Shown in pieces: positions 1 through 12,118 of a stretch of 64,000 nt of DNA. Origin of the DNA: Balanoglossus misakiensis (lineage: Eukaryota; Animalia; Hemichordata); assembly GCA_040954595.2 (NCBI GenBank), contig CM082594.2, forward strand, positions 3,519,319 through 3,583,318, written 5' to 3'. The notes under the pieces were generated by a model. That model was given only the letters and a program-made list of their open reading frames with translations. It did no database searches and was not told where the DNA came from. The stretch's first letter is position 1. Every line of letters begins with the position of its first letter. The position numbers were made by a program, and so were the translations under genes.

Positions 1-173
1 AAACCTATGTATGGCGAATTCTTTCAGACCTTGCAGTGATCTGACACTGATGCCTAGCCTCTATTATAGAGTGCTCATCAAATACATGTCCTCAAGTAGT
101 AAGTACCACACATCGCAATTCCAAGAGATATACTGGGTCAGTTTTCAAGCAGTAATATGCATTAAATTTTTAC

Positions 174-363
174 CATGTTGACTCCAACTTCTTGGTCCTA
201 TTCTGAACTTCAGTTGCTGACTCCCTAACACGTCAGCCAGGGATGGGATTGTCCAGTTCATACACGGCCAGTCGGATACCATGTCTTTAAACACCACCGG
301 GAGTGCCAGTGTCTTCATCACCAGGCTATTGGCAACATCGGGGGGAAACGGTTTCTTGCTCAT
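174..363 (-). CDS. HSPBAP1: Coding exon of an HSPB1-associated protein 1-like JmjC-family gene; the gene continues off the left end
   Basis: Translation MSKKPFPPDVANSLVMKTLALPVVFKDMVSDWPCMNWTIPSLADVLGSQQLKFRIG matches the HSPBAP1 N-terminal pattern as I recall it (KPF.P..A...IM.L..P.IF..MV.DWP...W....L..VL....IRFRMG). A pyrimidine tract and CAG acceptor lie just upstream of the ATG (exon from 369), and a G|GTAAA donor at 173-172. Confidence 0.8.
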
Positions 364-2177
364 GTTGTTCTGAGTACAAAGAATAGTAAGATATAGGGGT
401 TACCGGGTAGTCAAAGAGATGAAGCTATAGTAATGTGCACCACCAAAAATATAGGGCTCTGCCACCAGTTAACTTAGCTGAAGTGAAATGGTCCACTTTT
501 GAAACCATGGCAACAAGTATTAACACCATCATGAAGTACTTCCTAGTTTCTGTCACTAATCATATGACTCGCCTACAATATTTCAACACATCTACAGCAT
601 GATTGCCATACAACCATTGAACTCCAAGTCGGCATCTTACTCAGTTAGTGTATCCATGGGGCTACCACAAAATTATGGATCACTTCTAATTCTATTTCTG
701 TAACAATATCATGGTACCTATATATTACAGATCGAGAACGTTTATCATGGATGGGTTGAAGCGAGTTCATTCACTGACAGGTGACGTGTGTTGAAGTTCT
801 GATGAACATTGCCTCGGATTCGTAGCCCTACCTCCCCAGTGGTAATTACTGGACACACTGAGTCTGCTAAATTCGCATTGAATCGCGTACGTACGCCAGT
901 ATGAAGAGACGAGACACACGGTAATCATCACACAGTCTGCACAGGCCTAGCCTGGGTACAACTGAAAACCATGACTGAAAACGAAAGAACCTCCACGAAG
1001 AACGCCCCCAAGCGACGAATCTTGCATTCTGTTGCATTGATTGGTCTTACGAAACGTATAGTAACAGAAGTGCAGTTTTTGACATACTTATCTGATAAAG
1101 TCAATTATTTATCAAATTTTCACCGGTTTTCAAAGATTAAAATTCCGTGGAGCAAATATTACCCAATAAAACTAGACAATTATTTTCCATTTTTGAAATA
1201 TGCTGCCTGTTTTATAAATTGTGTCTGTCAACGTTGAGCAATGGCAAATTACAAATTGTCGGTTTAAATGACACCTTTCCCATTGTCAGACAATCTGAAC
1301 TGCACTACTAAAGTACATGTATATTTTGGGGAAATAAACAGTGTTGTGAGGGTGTACGTTTTACACGATTTACACTGCTTGAAATAGCCCTTGCAGCACA
1401 TGATCAATAAATTACTAGGGAAATGCCCATCGAAGAGTCCGCTGCACACAAACAATGGTATAGTAGAGATAGAGATGAGCTGAAGCGCGTCCTTTACGCA
1501 TTCTATGATTAATAAGAAGCATACACGCTTCGTCGAGTTTGAGTTCGCAATTAACATGATTAACCGAGTGCGGCATGTAACAATGATGCAACTACATGTA
1601 TATACATTGCTCTAAATACCGTCTGACAATGTGAGACTGGGTCTCAGTACGCTCTCGACCCCCGGTCTCGACCTAGTCAGGGTGTTTCAAAAGTTGGACA
1701 GGGCCAATATAACTGACCCAAATGACCAGGGTAAAAACAACAACAAACGGACAAAAGAATCATAAAAAATACAGACTCAAAAGGACCCAACTTTACACTA
1801 ACACGGCCCAGAGCATTATGGTACCGGTTCAAACCGCCCAAAATGAGAAACAAGGCTTTACTTTTGCCACTTAAAGTTAGCATCGGTTGGGTGGGATGGT
1901 AAGTAGTCTAGATCTGCCCTGGTACACTAGACAAACCAGCCAATAAATGAAATGTGGCGAAGATTGAAGGGGGTGGGTGTGGGACGGTGTGTCCCCCTCC
2001 CACATTAGAAAATGTTGTAAAATAAAGTCCTCGAAACTGCAATTTTGTGGACTCAAAAGCAAACGCTGGGGAGCAAAAGTATGTGACCCCCTAAAGGTTT
2101 CAAAAAAAGATCACACTCCCCCCGTTTGGATTTCAAAATTTAAGTTACCCCCCTGGATTTTGCCCCCCCCCCCCGGC

Positions 2178-3130
2178 CGTTCAGCGTGTCGTGTACCACA
2201 GGAAAGCTTTGTATGAATGTTGGCACGAACGTAAGACGCGCGTTGAGTCAGCAACTTTCACTTTGAAAACTCTATAGACAAACATGCACTCATTTGATAA
2301 TCGAAAACTTTTCAAAGTCGAAAACAAAATAAATTTCTGGCAGAGAATCGTGTTAGCAAAAGCTCGACTTTCGTTTCACTTGTATACATTGGTGTCTTGG
2401 TTTAATGGTGTACAACAATCAAAACCGATCAATAATACTCAGATGGTATGTCGGAGCCCCTGGTTCAGGTCACGCATGCACACATTACTTAAGGTTTGTG
2501 ACGTCGATCCCAGAAGCACATGCATACTAAAAAGGGCGTTGGGCACGTTGTTTCGAAAAGAAGTCACTTTTACAGTCGCCATGTTCATTGCGGTTCTTCA
2601 ACAAGGATATTGCCGTTGACAAAACAGGGTGACTCCAGAAATGGCGCCTTCGGGAGCCGCAAGGCTGCTTTGTGGATTCACGCTTGTGCTTAGCGTGTCG
2701 TGTACCACAGGTAAGCTTTTTTATGAATGTTGGCGCGAACGTAAGACGCGCGTTGAGTCAGCAACTTTCACTTTGAAACTCTATAAAAAAAACATGCACT
2801 CATTTGAGAATCGAAAAATATTTCAAAGCCGAAAACATGCTTCCAGCGTTTATACCAGTGGTCCCACAGTGTGGTTTTCTGGTATAAAATAAAAGTACAA
2901 AACCACTAGTTAAACTTTAGTAGACCACCCCACGACACTTTGAAGCAATCTTTAGCTGGAAGGTATTTGTATCTTTCACCAGTGTGATACACCACACCCC
3001 GTCTCTAAGTAACACGTATCGATACACCTGCGTAATGTTGGTTTGGCAAAGACGAGAAAGCATATCAGGAAACAAATACAATGAAGTTTTTGTGGTCAAC
3101 AGGAGCAACGATACCAACAAATTTCTGGGT
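2178..3130. repeat. Interspersed repeat, copy A (~0.8-0.9 kb), with an internal partial duplication (2178-2325 resembles 2690-2835)
   Basis: Near-identical to 6676-7550, e.g. aaataaatttctggcagagaatcgtgttagcaaaagctcgac and gtgactccagaaatggcgccttcgggagccgcaagg occur in both. Confidence 0.85.
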
Positions 3131-5361
3131 CGCAATTCGTTGGTTCCTAGTAGACGTTTAGACCAGTGCGGAGATTATATCCCACATCTTCCCGTGAATA
3201 TTGGACGAGATATTGTACCAATATCTCACTAAAGCCTTTTTATGGCCTTTGCTCGCATAAAAAGTTTGGGAAATAGTTGTTGACGGATGGCAGCTTTGGA
3301 CAGTCGAATGCTGAGACTTAATCGGCAATGATCTTTTCCATAACCATACTCGTTGATGAAAATAACACCGGCGGTAGACTGAGATATAGACTTCCGTTCA
3401 TGTCACCTCAATGACAAAAATCAGCTGCAGAGAAAGCTACGCTTTGCTTTGATTTGTTTTGCATGGCTTGGCTTGGTTCCTGTTCTTGTTCTTCCGTTTC
3501 CCTATCTCTACACCTAACTAACTATGGCAATGTAATCAATACCGAACAATTATACTGTGGTCTGTCGGAGCAACACATTTTATGTTTACTCTATACGCTA
3601 CTCCACTCTTCAAAGGTGACCCAATCAAAGCAGAGGTAAAATGGGACCCTCGCTCTGTGACAGATTTTTTGAAATATGGCAAGCCCGCGAATTCCTGCTG
3701 CCCACCCCCCTTAACAAGTTTGAATCAATCTGCCCAAGACGCTTCTCCGGGTAACACACAACCAATGATTGATGTTGGGTGGTTCCGAATAGTTCTAGAC
3801 CACTGGCCATGCATGACTCAATACCTGCTATAGGTGAAGTGGTTATTACAAATAAATTACGGCATCTATCACTGCGGGTATCATAGTGGCTTTGTGTCCT
3901 TTAACTCCAACCAGACAACCATAACGTTCATAATGGATGAATAATATATGAGATGTAAAACCCGTAATTTGTGGATTCCTGTTTACTACGTTTTATTGAA
4001 CGCATGTTTTCAGTAGTGAATGATTAGGGCTACCTGTAGGCTTTTCGATATTTACTAGGGAGGCATTGCAGAAGATTTGTTTTTATTCTTCCACGCGTGC
4101 CATCTGCCAGCTATTCCCCCCCCCAGAATTCAAATGGTTTTCCCCTTATTGTAATACGAATAGTAGATCTCTAGTACTTTTTGTAAATGTGAAATGATCC
4201 CAGGTGTGCAATTTTCACATACGACCTACAGAGCCCATGCTTGGGCTGACTCTAGACAAAAACAGAACCTGTATTGGGTGTTATATTACTCCCTCATTCT
4301 TTCGTTCTTTCAATGTCAAACCGACCCCAACGATCAACCAGTACCAGTCGCATGACCCTTTCTGACCGGTAATGAAACGGCGTGGACCGAGGAGTATATT
4401 ATAACTTTTGCAAGTACAGTAAGATCTCAGGTTTGGCTAAAACCCAGTCTCCACACCCCAGAAATTAACCCTCAAGGCAAATTAAATCGACTGCATTCGT
4501 TTTGACACCATTTACCCAATTTCGCAGAAAATGACGTCTTTAGTTTAGATCCCCCAGGTGTGCGGACTTCTACATTGTGACAGTTTTTGTTGAATTGGTA
4601 GACTGCCACGGATTCAGAATCTACCCAGCTTCAATAAGATTAGGGATCTTAAACTAACTGATGAATATTAAGCTGTTCATAGATATTAATGATGGACCCT
4701 CCCCTGGGACCTGCATGCCAAATTTCAGACCGATTTGACGGCTGGAGTATGAGTTTTCGATTGAACAAGGCACATGTTGCCAAAGTGAAATACAGCACGG
4801 TGGATTTTAACAAATCTCCCTTAAAAGTTAGAAAGATATCCCCCGCCAGTCGGTGGTGGTCGGCCCTGTCCGGTGCTCAGAACAAGAGCAGAAGTAACGA
4901 GTTGCCGTCCACCACCACCGAATGTGATAGATGGCAATTCGTTTGGGCTTGGTTGGATTAATTTCTCTATTTTTCAGCTGTTGTTTTCTCCATTTCTTTG
5001 TTTCACCATTTCGCTGAACGAGGCAAAATATTGCCAAAGTGAAATACGGTACGTCAGTAGTGCAGAACGTATTCCGCACCACCCAACATTCTTTTCAGTG
5101 ACACCGACCTGTTTAGTAAGAGTTGTTTGTTCACATCAAGGTGATTTGTGTGCATGTCTTTCCTGGTAATTATGAATATGAACAAAAACTCGGTTGGTCG
5201 GAACTAAGCTTGCAATAACATGTGTACGGATACTGCATGAAAATGCTGGCCTCAAACAAGTTAACTAAATGGGTCATTGCACCCCTTTAACAGCAGAGTG
5301 CGGGTACTAAGAATTGTACCAGAAGACTCCCTAGTCTAAATTTAGTAGTGTATACTGCATT

Positions 5362-5479
5362 CAATCTGATTAAAATCAGATGTAGGGAACGGCGACTTGG
5401 TTATTTTTTATGCTGTCGTGAGGCGACAGCATAAAAAAAGCTAAGTCGCCGTTCCCTACATCTGATTTTAATCAGATTG
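5362..5479. mobile_element. 118-bp foldback MITE-like element
   Basis: Almost perfect palindrome caatctgattaaaatcagatgtagggaacggcgactt...aagtcgccgttccctacatctgattttaatcagattg with a 5-nt loop. It is flanked by tactgcatt / cactgcatt, a 9-bp direct repeat with one mismatch that is a probable TSD. Confidence 0.8.
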
Positions 5480-6210
5480 CACTGCATTCTGCTTCCCCGC
5501 GAATATGCACACCATTCAACCAACTTAGTTGCTTTTCAAAGTACAACTGAAACGAAAGTTGAGCTGTTGAGATTTGGAACTTGATTACACGATTCTCTCG
5601 AAGTGTTGAGATATACAGAGATCAAAATGTACGTACTGAACACTAGCTCACCAGCTGCTGCACACGTAACTTGAATCTCATTGGTTGATACGATGCCAGA
5701 TAGTTAATTTCTGATTCCTCTACGGCGGACATGTACAAAAGTCTACATTTCACAGTCTAGTGTTGTTTTCATCGACATGAATAGGGCTTTTAGTGTTCGC
5801 GCCACGTTTGGCAGTGGAAACTTTTTAAGGTTGGGAGAGCTGTCTTGATGCTAACGACTAAAAACAATGGCTGATCTTGGGTTCCAAATAGTTCCGTATC
5901 ATCGATCGTCCATGAATGCCTGCAACCGGAGACTGTCAATTTCCAGACAGGCAGTACTGGTTCTGCTTTACTTTTAACAATTAGATGAATGCAATGTCGT
6001 GACAAACAAAAAGGTCATGTACACATTTTTTTTCTAAACTGACACAGAGATCGGCGGTCATTTTTGAATTACAAATTTGAGACAGTTTGGCTTTCTCTCC
6101 TACAATTTTGCGAGGTGACAACATTTTTATTGATTCTCGTTTTTTTAAAAGAGAGTCAAGTTTCCTTAGGAAAAACATGAGAAAAACATAAAGACTTTCG
6201 AGGTATTTAA

Positions 6211-6561
6211 AGCCCTAAGAGCTGACACATTTTGCATTATGTTCATTATTTTACTTTTCAATTTAGATTGGTCCATCTATAAAAGCTTGCTGATAGGTAT
6301 ACTCGAACATCTTTGCGACGCCACATTGTGGCTTCATGTTGCAGTTTGAAGAAGTGATATATTAAACGCGTGCCGCACCCGTTTAATCAGCCTCCATACA
6401 AAGAGTACATATCTATCGTGGTATGCGTCGCCAAAAGATAACAAACTGATGCAAATACAAGTAATATGGATTAATGGCGAGGATTTTAACGGATAGGGAG
6501 AATATATGGAGTATTTTATTATAGAAAAAACACATGAGAAAATTTGGCAGCTCGTGGGGCT
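6211..6561. mobile_element. Non-autonomous Kolobok-like DNA transposon
   Basis: TTAA on both sides (6207-6210, 6562-6565). Terminal inverted repeats AGCCCTAAGAGCTG / CAGCTCGTGGGGCT match at 12 of 14 positions. A TTAA TSD with AG...CT termini is the Kolobok pattern. Confidence 0.65.
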
Positions 6562-6675
6562 TTAATGTTGTCATGGACTGGGTCGATTAGAATACAACTG
6601 AGCACTAGCAAAATTCGCACAAGTGACAAGGTACCTCTCATGTGCGTACTCGCCACGTTGCACTTGCAGCGAACC

Positions 6676-7550
6676 AAATAAATAAATTTCTGGCAGAGAA
6701 TCGTGTTAGCAAAAGCTCGACTTTCGTTTCACTTGTATACATTGGTGTCTTGGTTGAATGGTGTGCAAACATTTACAACAATCAAAACTGAACAATAATA
6801 CTCAGATGGTATGTCGGAGCCCCTGGTTCAGGTCACGCATGCACATTTACTTAAGGTTTGTGACGTCGATCTCAGAAGCACATGCATACCAAGTAGAGCG
6901 TTGCGCATGTTGTTTCGACAAGAAGTCACTTTTACAGTCGCCTTGTTCAGTGCGGTTCTTCAACAAGGATATTGTCGTTGACAAAACAGAGTGACTCCAG
7001 AAATGGCGCCTTCGGGAGCCGCAAGGCTGCTTTGTGGATTAACGCTTGTGTTCAGCGCGTCGTGTACCACAGGTAAGCCTTTTTATGAATGTTGGCGCGA
7101 ACGTAAGACGCACGCTGAGTCAGAAACTTTCACTTTGAAACTCTATTGGAAATCATGCACTCATTTGAGAATCGAAAAATATTACAAAACCGAAAACATG
7201 CTTCCAGGGGAATGCAAACGTGCACGTGCGTTTGTGCCAGTGGTCCCACAGTGTGGTTTTCTGGTATAAAATGAAAGTAAAACCCCTTCGTATAAACTTT
7301 AGTAGGCCAGCCCTCTTTAAAACAATCTTCAGCTGGAAGGTATTTGTATCTTTCGCCAGTTTGGAACACCACACCCCGTCTCACAATAGCTATACACGTA
7401 TCATTCTGTAAAAAGACGTCTAGCATGGTCTTAATTTCAAATGTTCAACTATATGAAAAATTAGCCAGGTAGGTGAAAGCGTAACGGGAAACCTAGTTTG
7501 TGTGGTCAACAGGAGCAATGACCACCAACAAATTTCTGAGTAGCAAATCG
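6676..7550. repeat. Interspersed repeat, copy B (paralog of 2325-3130)
   Basis: Direct sequence similarity with 2325-3130, with small indels. Confidence 0.85.
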
Positions 7551-8195
7551 GTGGTTTCTGCGGAGGCTGTCCCATATCTTCCCGAAAATGTTTTGGTAAG
7601 CAAAACAAGATATTTTGTTGTTACACAGACAAAAATAATTAAACAAAACCTTACGGCTACTGTCCTGTGTGATGACACTTTCTAAATATGTTGTTCGATC
7701 AGATATCTGAAGAAAATAGGGTAGGTAGGTAGGTAAATTTGTTATTTTGCAATTTTATTACATCTTTGGCCGCCATAGTGTAGAAGAATGACGTCATAGT
7801 TCTTGCGTGATTCTCGTAATTTCCATATTTTTTTTATATTTGACGTTTTTTCTACTTCCTGTTTAGGATTCTTTAAAAAGTTTAGTGTCGGCGGGCTAAA
7901 ATTAGGGTTGGTCGGGTAAACGGAACAGCGCATATTTTTTTTTTCATCTGGCCTCATGCCCGTGTAATAACATTAATTAATTATGAAACCAGATTTACGC
8001 ATTATCCAGAGAAAGAAAGTAAAAATTCGTTTATTCTAGCCAAACAACCACGGAAAGCACCACATTGGCGGCACAATTGCCTATTTATGCAATTTACCCG
8101 TTTATTTCACAGCACCATTGTCGTTTAAATCTCTGAATGGTTTTGCACCAGTCCTGCTTGCTTGCGTCTGACATTTTTGTGTACATTTGAGATGG

Positions 8196-8240
8196 GGGAG
8201 GATATGCTAATTACCCAGCGGATAATTAGCATATCCTCCC
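8196..8240. repeat. Perfect 18-bp inverted repeat (hairpin)
   Basis: gggaggatatgctaatta, 9-nt spacer, taattagcatatcctccc. Confidence 0.85.
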
Positions 8241-9424
8241 TCGGCGGAACAGCTGCGTTTCCACAGCACAGTCAGACGTAAACAACCGCTCCTCTCAGAC
8301 ACTACGAAGAGATGTCAAATATCCTCACTCCATCATCATTAATGCAGTCGAAAATCGAACCGTTTCACAGTGGTCTGATTCGATATTAAAGGCTTTGTTT
8401 GTAATATTGCTGATTTAAAACAGGTTAATTTTCAATCTGGATCATCGCGCGATGTCCACGATGTTGATTGTTGTCGCAATTTTACATAATCACTAATGCT
8501 ATGCAATGGAGCTTCACATCGATCGACTCTGCGAGTTGTGAATGAAGCCAGATTACAAGGAGAATGAAACATCAATGCGCCAGGCGGAATATAATATTTC
8601 TTTTTTTTTATTTCGAACACAAGAAAAACAAAAGCAAGAACAGACCCACAGCAAAGGAAAGAGAATTAATTATTAGGCCTGATGATGGCGCTCTCTGACT
8701 TTTGATTTTGTGAAATACAATTTGAAACATTTAGATAATATTTCAAATTTTCAAACCAAGCTCCATAGTTCGGAAGTTTATTTGCAAATCTACAATAATA
8801 TATGTATTTTTGTTAGAAGACATACAAGATTCCAGTCATGGACAATATTTTCAATATTTCTTATTCCAAGGATTATCTCGATTTTAGTTAAATTCACTTT
8901 GCATCAGTCTCGGATAACATTCCAAATTAGTCGTACATAATTACACCTGTAAAATAGGTGACGAATAGTTTCTGTTTGTTCATTGCAAAAGTACATTTTT
9001 CGTTATCAGAAAGCTGACGAAGAAATAAAAACCATTTTGTACAATATAGGCCTATGATAGAAGATTTTAAATTGCAAAGATTGCATAGCCACATCGCCTG
9101 TAGCTGCAATAATTGTAGCCTTGGTGGGTTAGTTGACCGCTGACGGGGGGTTGATCGCTGACGGCCCAACCAGGGTTACAAGGCGTTCCTATACTTTCGT
9201 ACGTAAAAGCGCACTGCTGATCCGCAGTGCGCGGACAAGGCAAACTCTGGGGCCCATCAGCAGCGAATATCACCTTACCGTTTGAAAATATAACCGTAAT
9301 CCTGCTCCCGGATAATGTTAGCAGCGTTGTAACCCCATATCGACAGACAAATGTACTCCTTGCAGTTGAAAAATGACAGTTTAATCACTCGGACACAAAG
9401 TCAATTCAAACTCCACCGCCATTT

Positions 9425-10460
9425 TGTTAAACGTTTACGCTCAAAAGAATAAATGTTGTTCGTGGTGGCCGCTAGTCTTGCTCCAAGACTGTGTGATACT
9501 GAAAAAGAAATGCGCGTCCGCGTTGCGTATAGAACATGACGCGACGCTAATCACGCGTAAAATAATTTCGAAGTCTCGCGTAATTTGGCGTGATTTCGAT
9601 TTCGCGTGATTTCGCGTGATTCAATATGGCGCCGAATATCGGGCTCTCGAAAACAGTCCTGAAAGTTTCTGAAACGCCACTAAATTTCATTTTCCAACTT
9701 AATTTTCCACCGTCTTTGATGGTCTTGTGGTCGGTGTACATTTCTGAGTAGGATTTGCGATGCATAACGACATTGGTTTTACGCTTTAGGGAAGAGATCA
9801 AATTAATGGATGCCCGGGTATAGGAACAGCGCACGACGCACTTTTCGAACTCGTAGGTATATAGAGATAATATGTAACAGGTTTGACCTGAGTGCGAGCG
9901 CAGCAAGCTAGCGTGTATATATTGTCAACACTCCACTTTCCACATGAATGCTTCATCAACTTTCTCTTGGTCTACTGAAGGCTAGATCACGTGATTGATA
10001 GTAAAGAATACTTTGCCAAAGACGTTCCATTCTCTGATAGCTTCAGATTATCTATTTATCGGTGGGTTTCATTCTTACAAGGTCTTTGTGGTAGTCTTGT
10101 TGTGGTTAAACGTTTAGGCTCATAAAGAATAAATTTTGTTGGTGGTGGCCCCTTACATGCGTAAAGTAATTTCGAAGTCTCGCGTGATTTTGCGTGATTA
10201 AGATTTCGCGTGATTCAATATGGCGCCGACCGTCGAGCTCTCGAAAACGGTCCAGAAAGTGCCCAGAAACGCTACTAAATTTCATTTTCCAACTTAATTT
10301 TCCACCGTCTTTGATGGTCTTGTGGTCGGTGTACATTTCTGAGTAGGATTTGCGATGAATAAGGACATTGGTTTTACGTTTTAAGGAAGATATCAAAATT
10401 AATGGCTGCCCCCATAGATACAGGACGCACTTTTCGAACTCGTGGGTATAGAGATATACA
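9425..10460. repeat. Two diverged direct copies of a ~350-450 bp repeat (about 9425-9870 and 10105-10460)
   Basis: Shared blocks such as gtgattcaatatggcgccga and actaaatttcattttccaacttaattttccaccgtctttgatggtcttgtggtcggtgtacatttctgagtaggatttgcgatg. Confidence 0.85.
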
Positions 10461-10649
10461 TTCTATTTCCCATAATCCCTCATTCTCGTACACGTGCTAT
10501 CTAAAGTGCTCGCTACGCGAGCGGCCTCCGGCCGCTCGTGCTGCGCTCGCTATAAATTCTATTTTCCATAATCCCTCATTATCGTACATTATCGCTACAT
10601 TAGCGCTATGCGAGCGGCCTTCGGCCGCTCATGCTGCGCTCGCTAATAT

Positions 10650-11302
10650 AATCAATCAATCAACAAAGTTTATATAGCGCCAAAATCCAAAAAGAAATTT
10701 TGCCCAATGACGCTCATGGTTAAACCACACTGTATGCTCTTTCGAACATATGAGTTTTAAGTTTTCTTTTGAAAGTCTCCAGGTTTGTTGATTCCCTGAT
10801 ATCAAGAGGTAGTGCGTTCCACAGTTTAGGGGCAGCATAAGAGAAGGCACGGCCGCCATAGGTCTTGTTTTTGTAGGTTGTACATGTTAAGAGTTTCTTG
10901 GTGGATGAACGCAGTGTACGAGTGGGAGTGTATGGCTGCAGTAGATCACTGATGTAAGCTGGAGTCTGGTTTTGGATAACTTTGAAAGTTATCAACAAAA
11001 TTTTGTAGTCGATCCTTAGACTTACTGGTAACCAATGGAGCTGGGCAAGAACTGGAGTGATAGGCGTGAGTTTCCTAGTGCGCATGACTATTCTGGCTGA
11101 AGTATTCTGAGCTCTTTGAAGTAGGGCGATTGTGTTTTCTGGGAGACCATACAGGAGTGAGTTACAGTAGTCAAGTTTGGCAGATAGAGTTGCATGTACT
11201 AAGGTTTGGCAAGTCTCGTTGGTGATGTAACGTCGTATAGATCCAATTCGGCGGAGGAGACTGTAGATCGATTTGCAGGTGTACTTTATGTGCTGACTGA
11301 AT
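10650..11302 (-). mobile_element. 5'-truncated non-LTR retrotransposon (L2/Crack-like, CR1 group): C-terminal end of ORF2 plus 3' UTR
   Basis: Minus-strand open frame ...RRIGSIRRYITNETCQTLVHATLSAKLDYCNSLLYGLP...LQRAQNTSARIV...ITPVLAQLHWLPV...GGRAFSYAAPKLWNALP...FKRKLKTHMF is the hallmark post-RT region of L2-clade LINEs. It ends in a short (TTGA)n tail near 10650-10662. Confidence 0.9.
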
Positions 11303-11870
11303 TTAATTAAACAATAACCCCCAGGCGGGTATACGGGAAATTTGGGTACAATTCAAGACATATAGCCTGAGCCGTGGAGCGAATTGTACCCAAATCGAGT
11401 GTATACCCGACTGAGGCGGGGGTTATTGCTATTATATTATATCAACAGTTGTTTTTGTGGCAAATCAGTGTCATTTTCTTACCGAAACGGCGTCAGAAAG
11501 AGAAATTACGATCGTAAACCAACATGGCGACGATGAATGTAAACACGAGCGGCCCGGGATCGAGCATTAAACATGAAGCAGACGACAAAAAGTGACAAGA
11601 CGGGCATCGCGCGTGGCAAAGTGACAAATATTTCCACAGAGCAGTTCCAAAAAAAACGTCCGTTAATTCAACAGTATTTTTGTTTTATTTATTTGGTTTA
11701 AACACGCGCGACTGTGGTTTACCCGCACATTTTTGCTGTCGTATGCTAGTTCAGGGGCCCGTTTTAGCACTGCCCGCAGTGCTATATGACTATTTTAGCA
11801 TCACTGGATTGAGCTCTCGTCCAATCACAATGGCGGATGGTAGCATTATATAATATAATTTGGTATAATA
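11303..11870. mobile_element. Probable non-autonomous repeat with a long imperfect hairpin at its left end
   Basis: caataacccc...gggtatac...atttgggtacaattc pairs with gaattgtacccaaat...gtataccc...ggggttattg (11312-11428). It abuts the truncated LINE. Family not identifiable. Confidence 0.45.
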
Positions 11871-11938
11871 GGTTTGATGGAATGATTGATGGGAAATTAT
11901 TAACACTGTTAAATTTATTGATTGTCTATACCATTCAG

Positions 11939-12118
11939 CTCTGCCATGTTCTCCCTTACTTACTCCAACATCTGGATATGTGGACTGTACAAACGGATCC
12001 CTTTACAATAGCACATGTATATTCAGCTGTGATGAAGGATTTGAAGGAAGTGGTACTGTATCTAGAACTTGTCAATCAAACCAAGAATGGGATGCATCGG
12101 ACAACTTTACATGTGCAG
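11939..12118 (+). CDS. Sushi/CCP exon (180 nt, phase 1-1)
   Basis: ttcag|CTCTGCCATGT...ACATGTGCAG|gtgag; encodes [36 protein letters not shown]...TCQSNQEW. Confidence 0.85.

Noticed and set aside
1035-1048. CCAAT box (ATTGG at 1040-1044) as the HSPBAP1 promoter
   Set aside because: The position is plausible, but a 5-mer alone is not evidence and the transcription start is unknown.
2284-7269. Repeated ORFs (MTPEMAPSGAARLL..., ...MVCRSPWFRSRMH...) as a duplicated gene
   Set aside because: They lie in an interspersed repeat, the frames differ by indels between copies, and no protein motif is recognisable.
9547-10396. Paired minus-strand ORFs sharing HRKSYSEMYTDHKTIKDGGKLSWKMKFS
   Set aside because: They result from the local repeat duplication; no splice signals or known domain seen.
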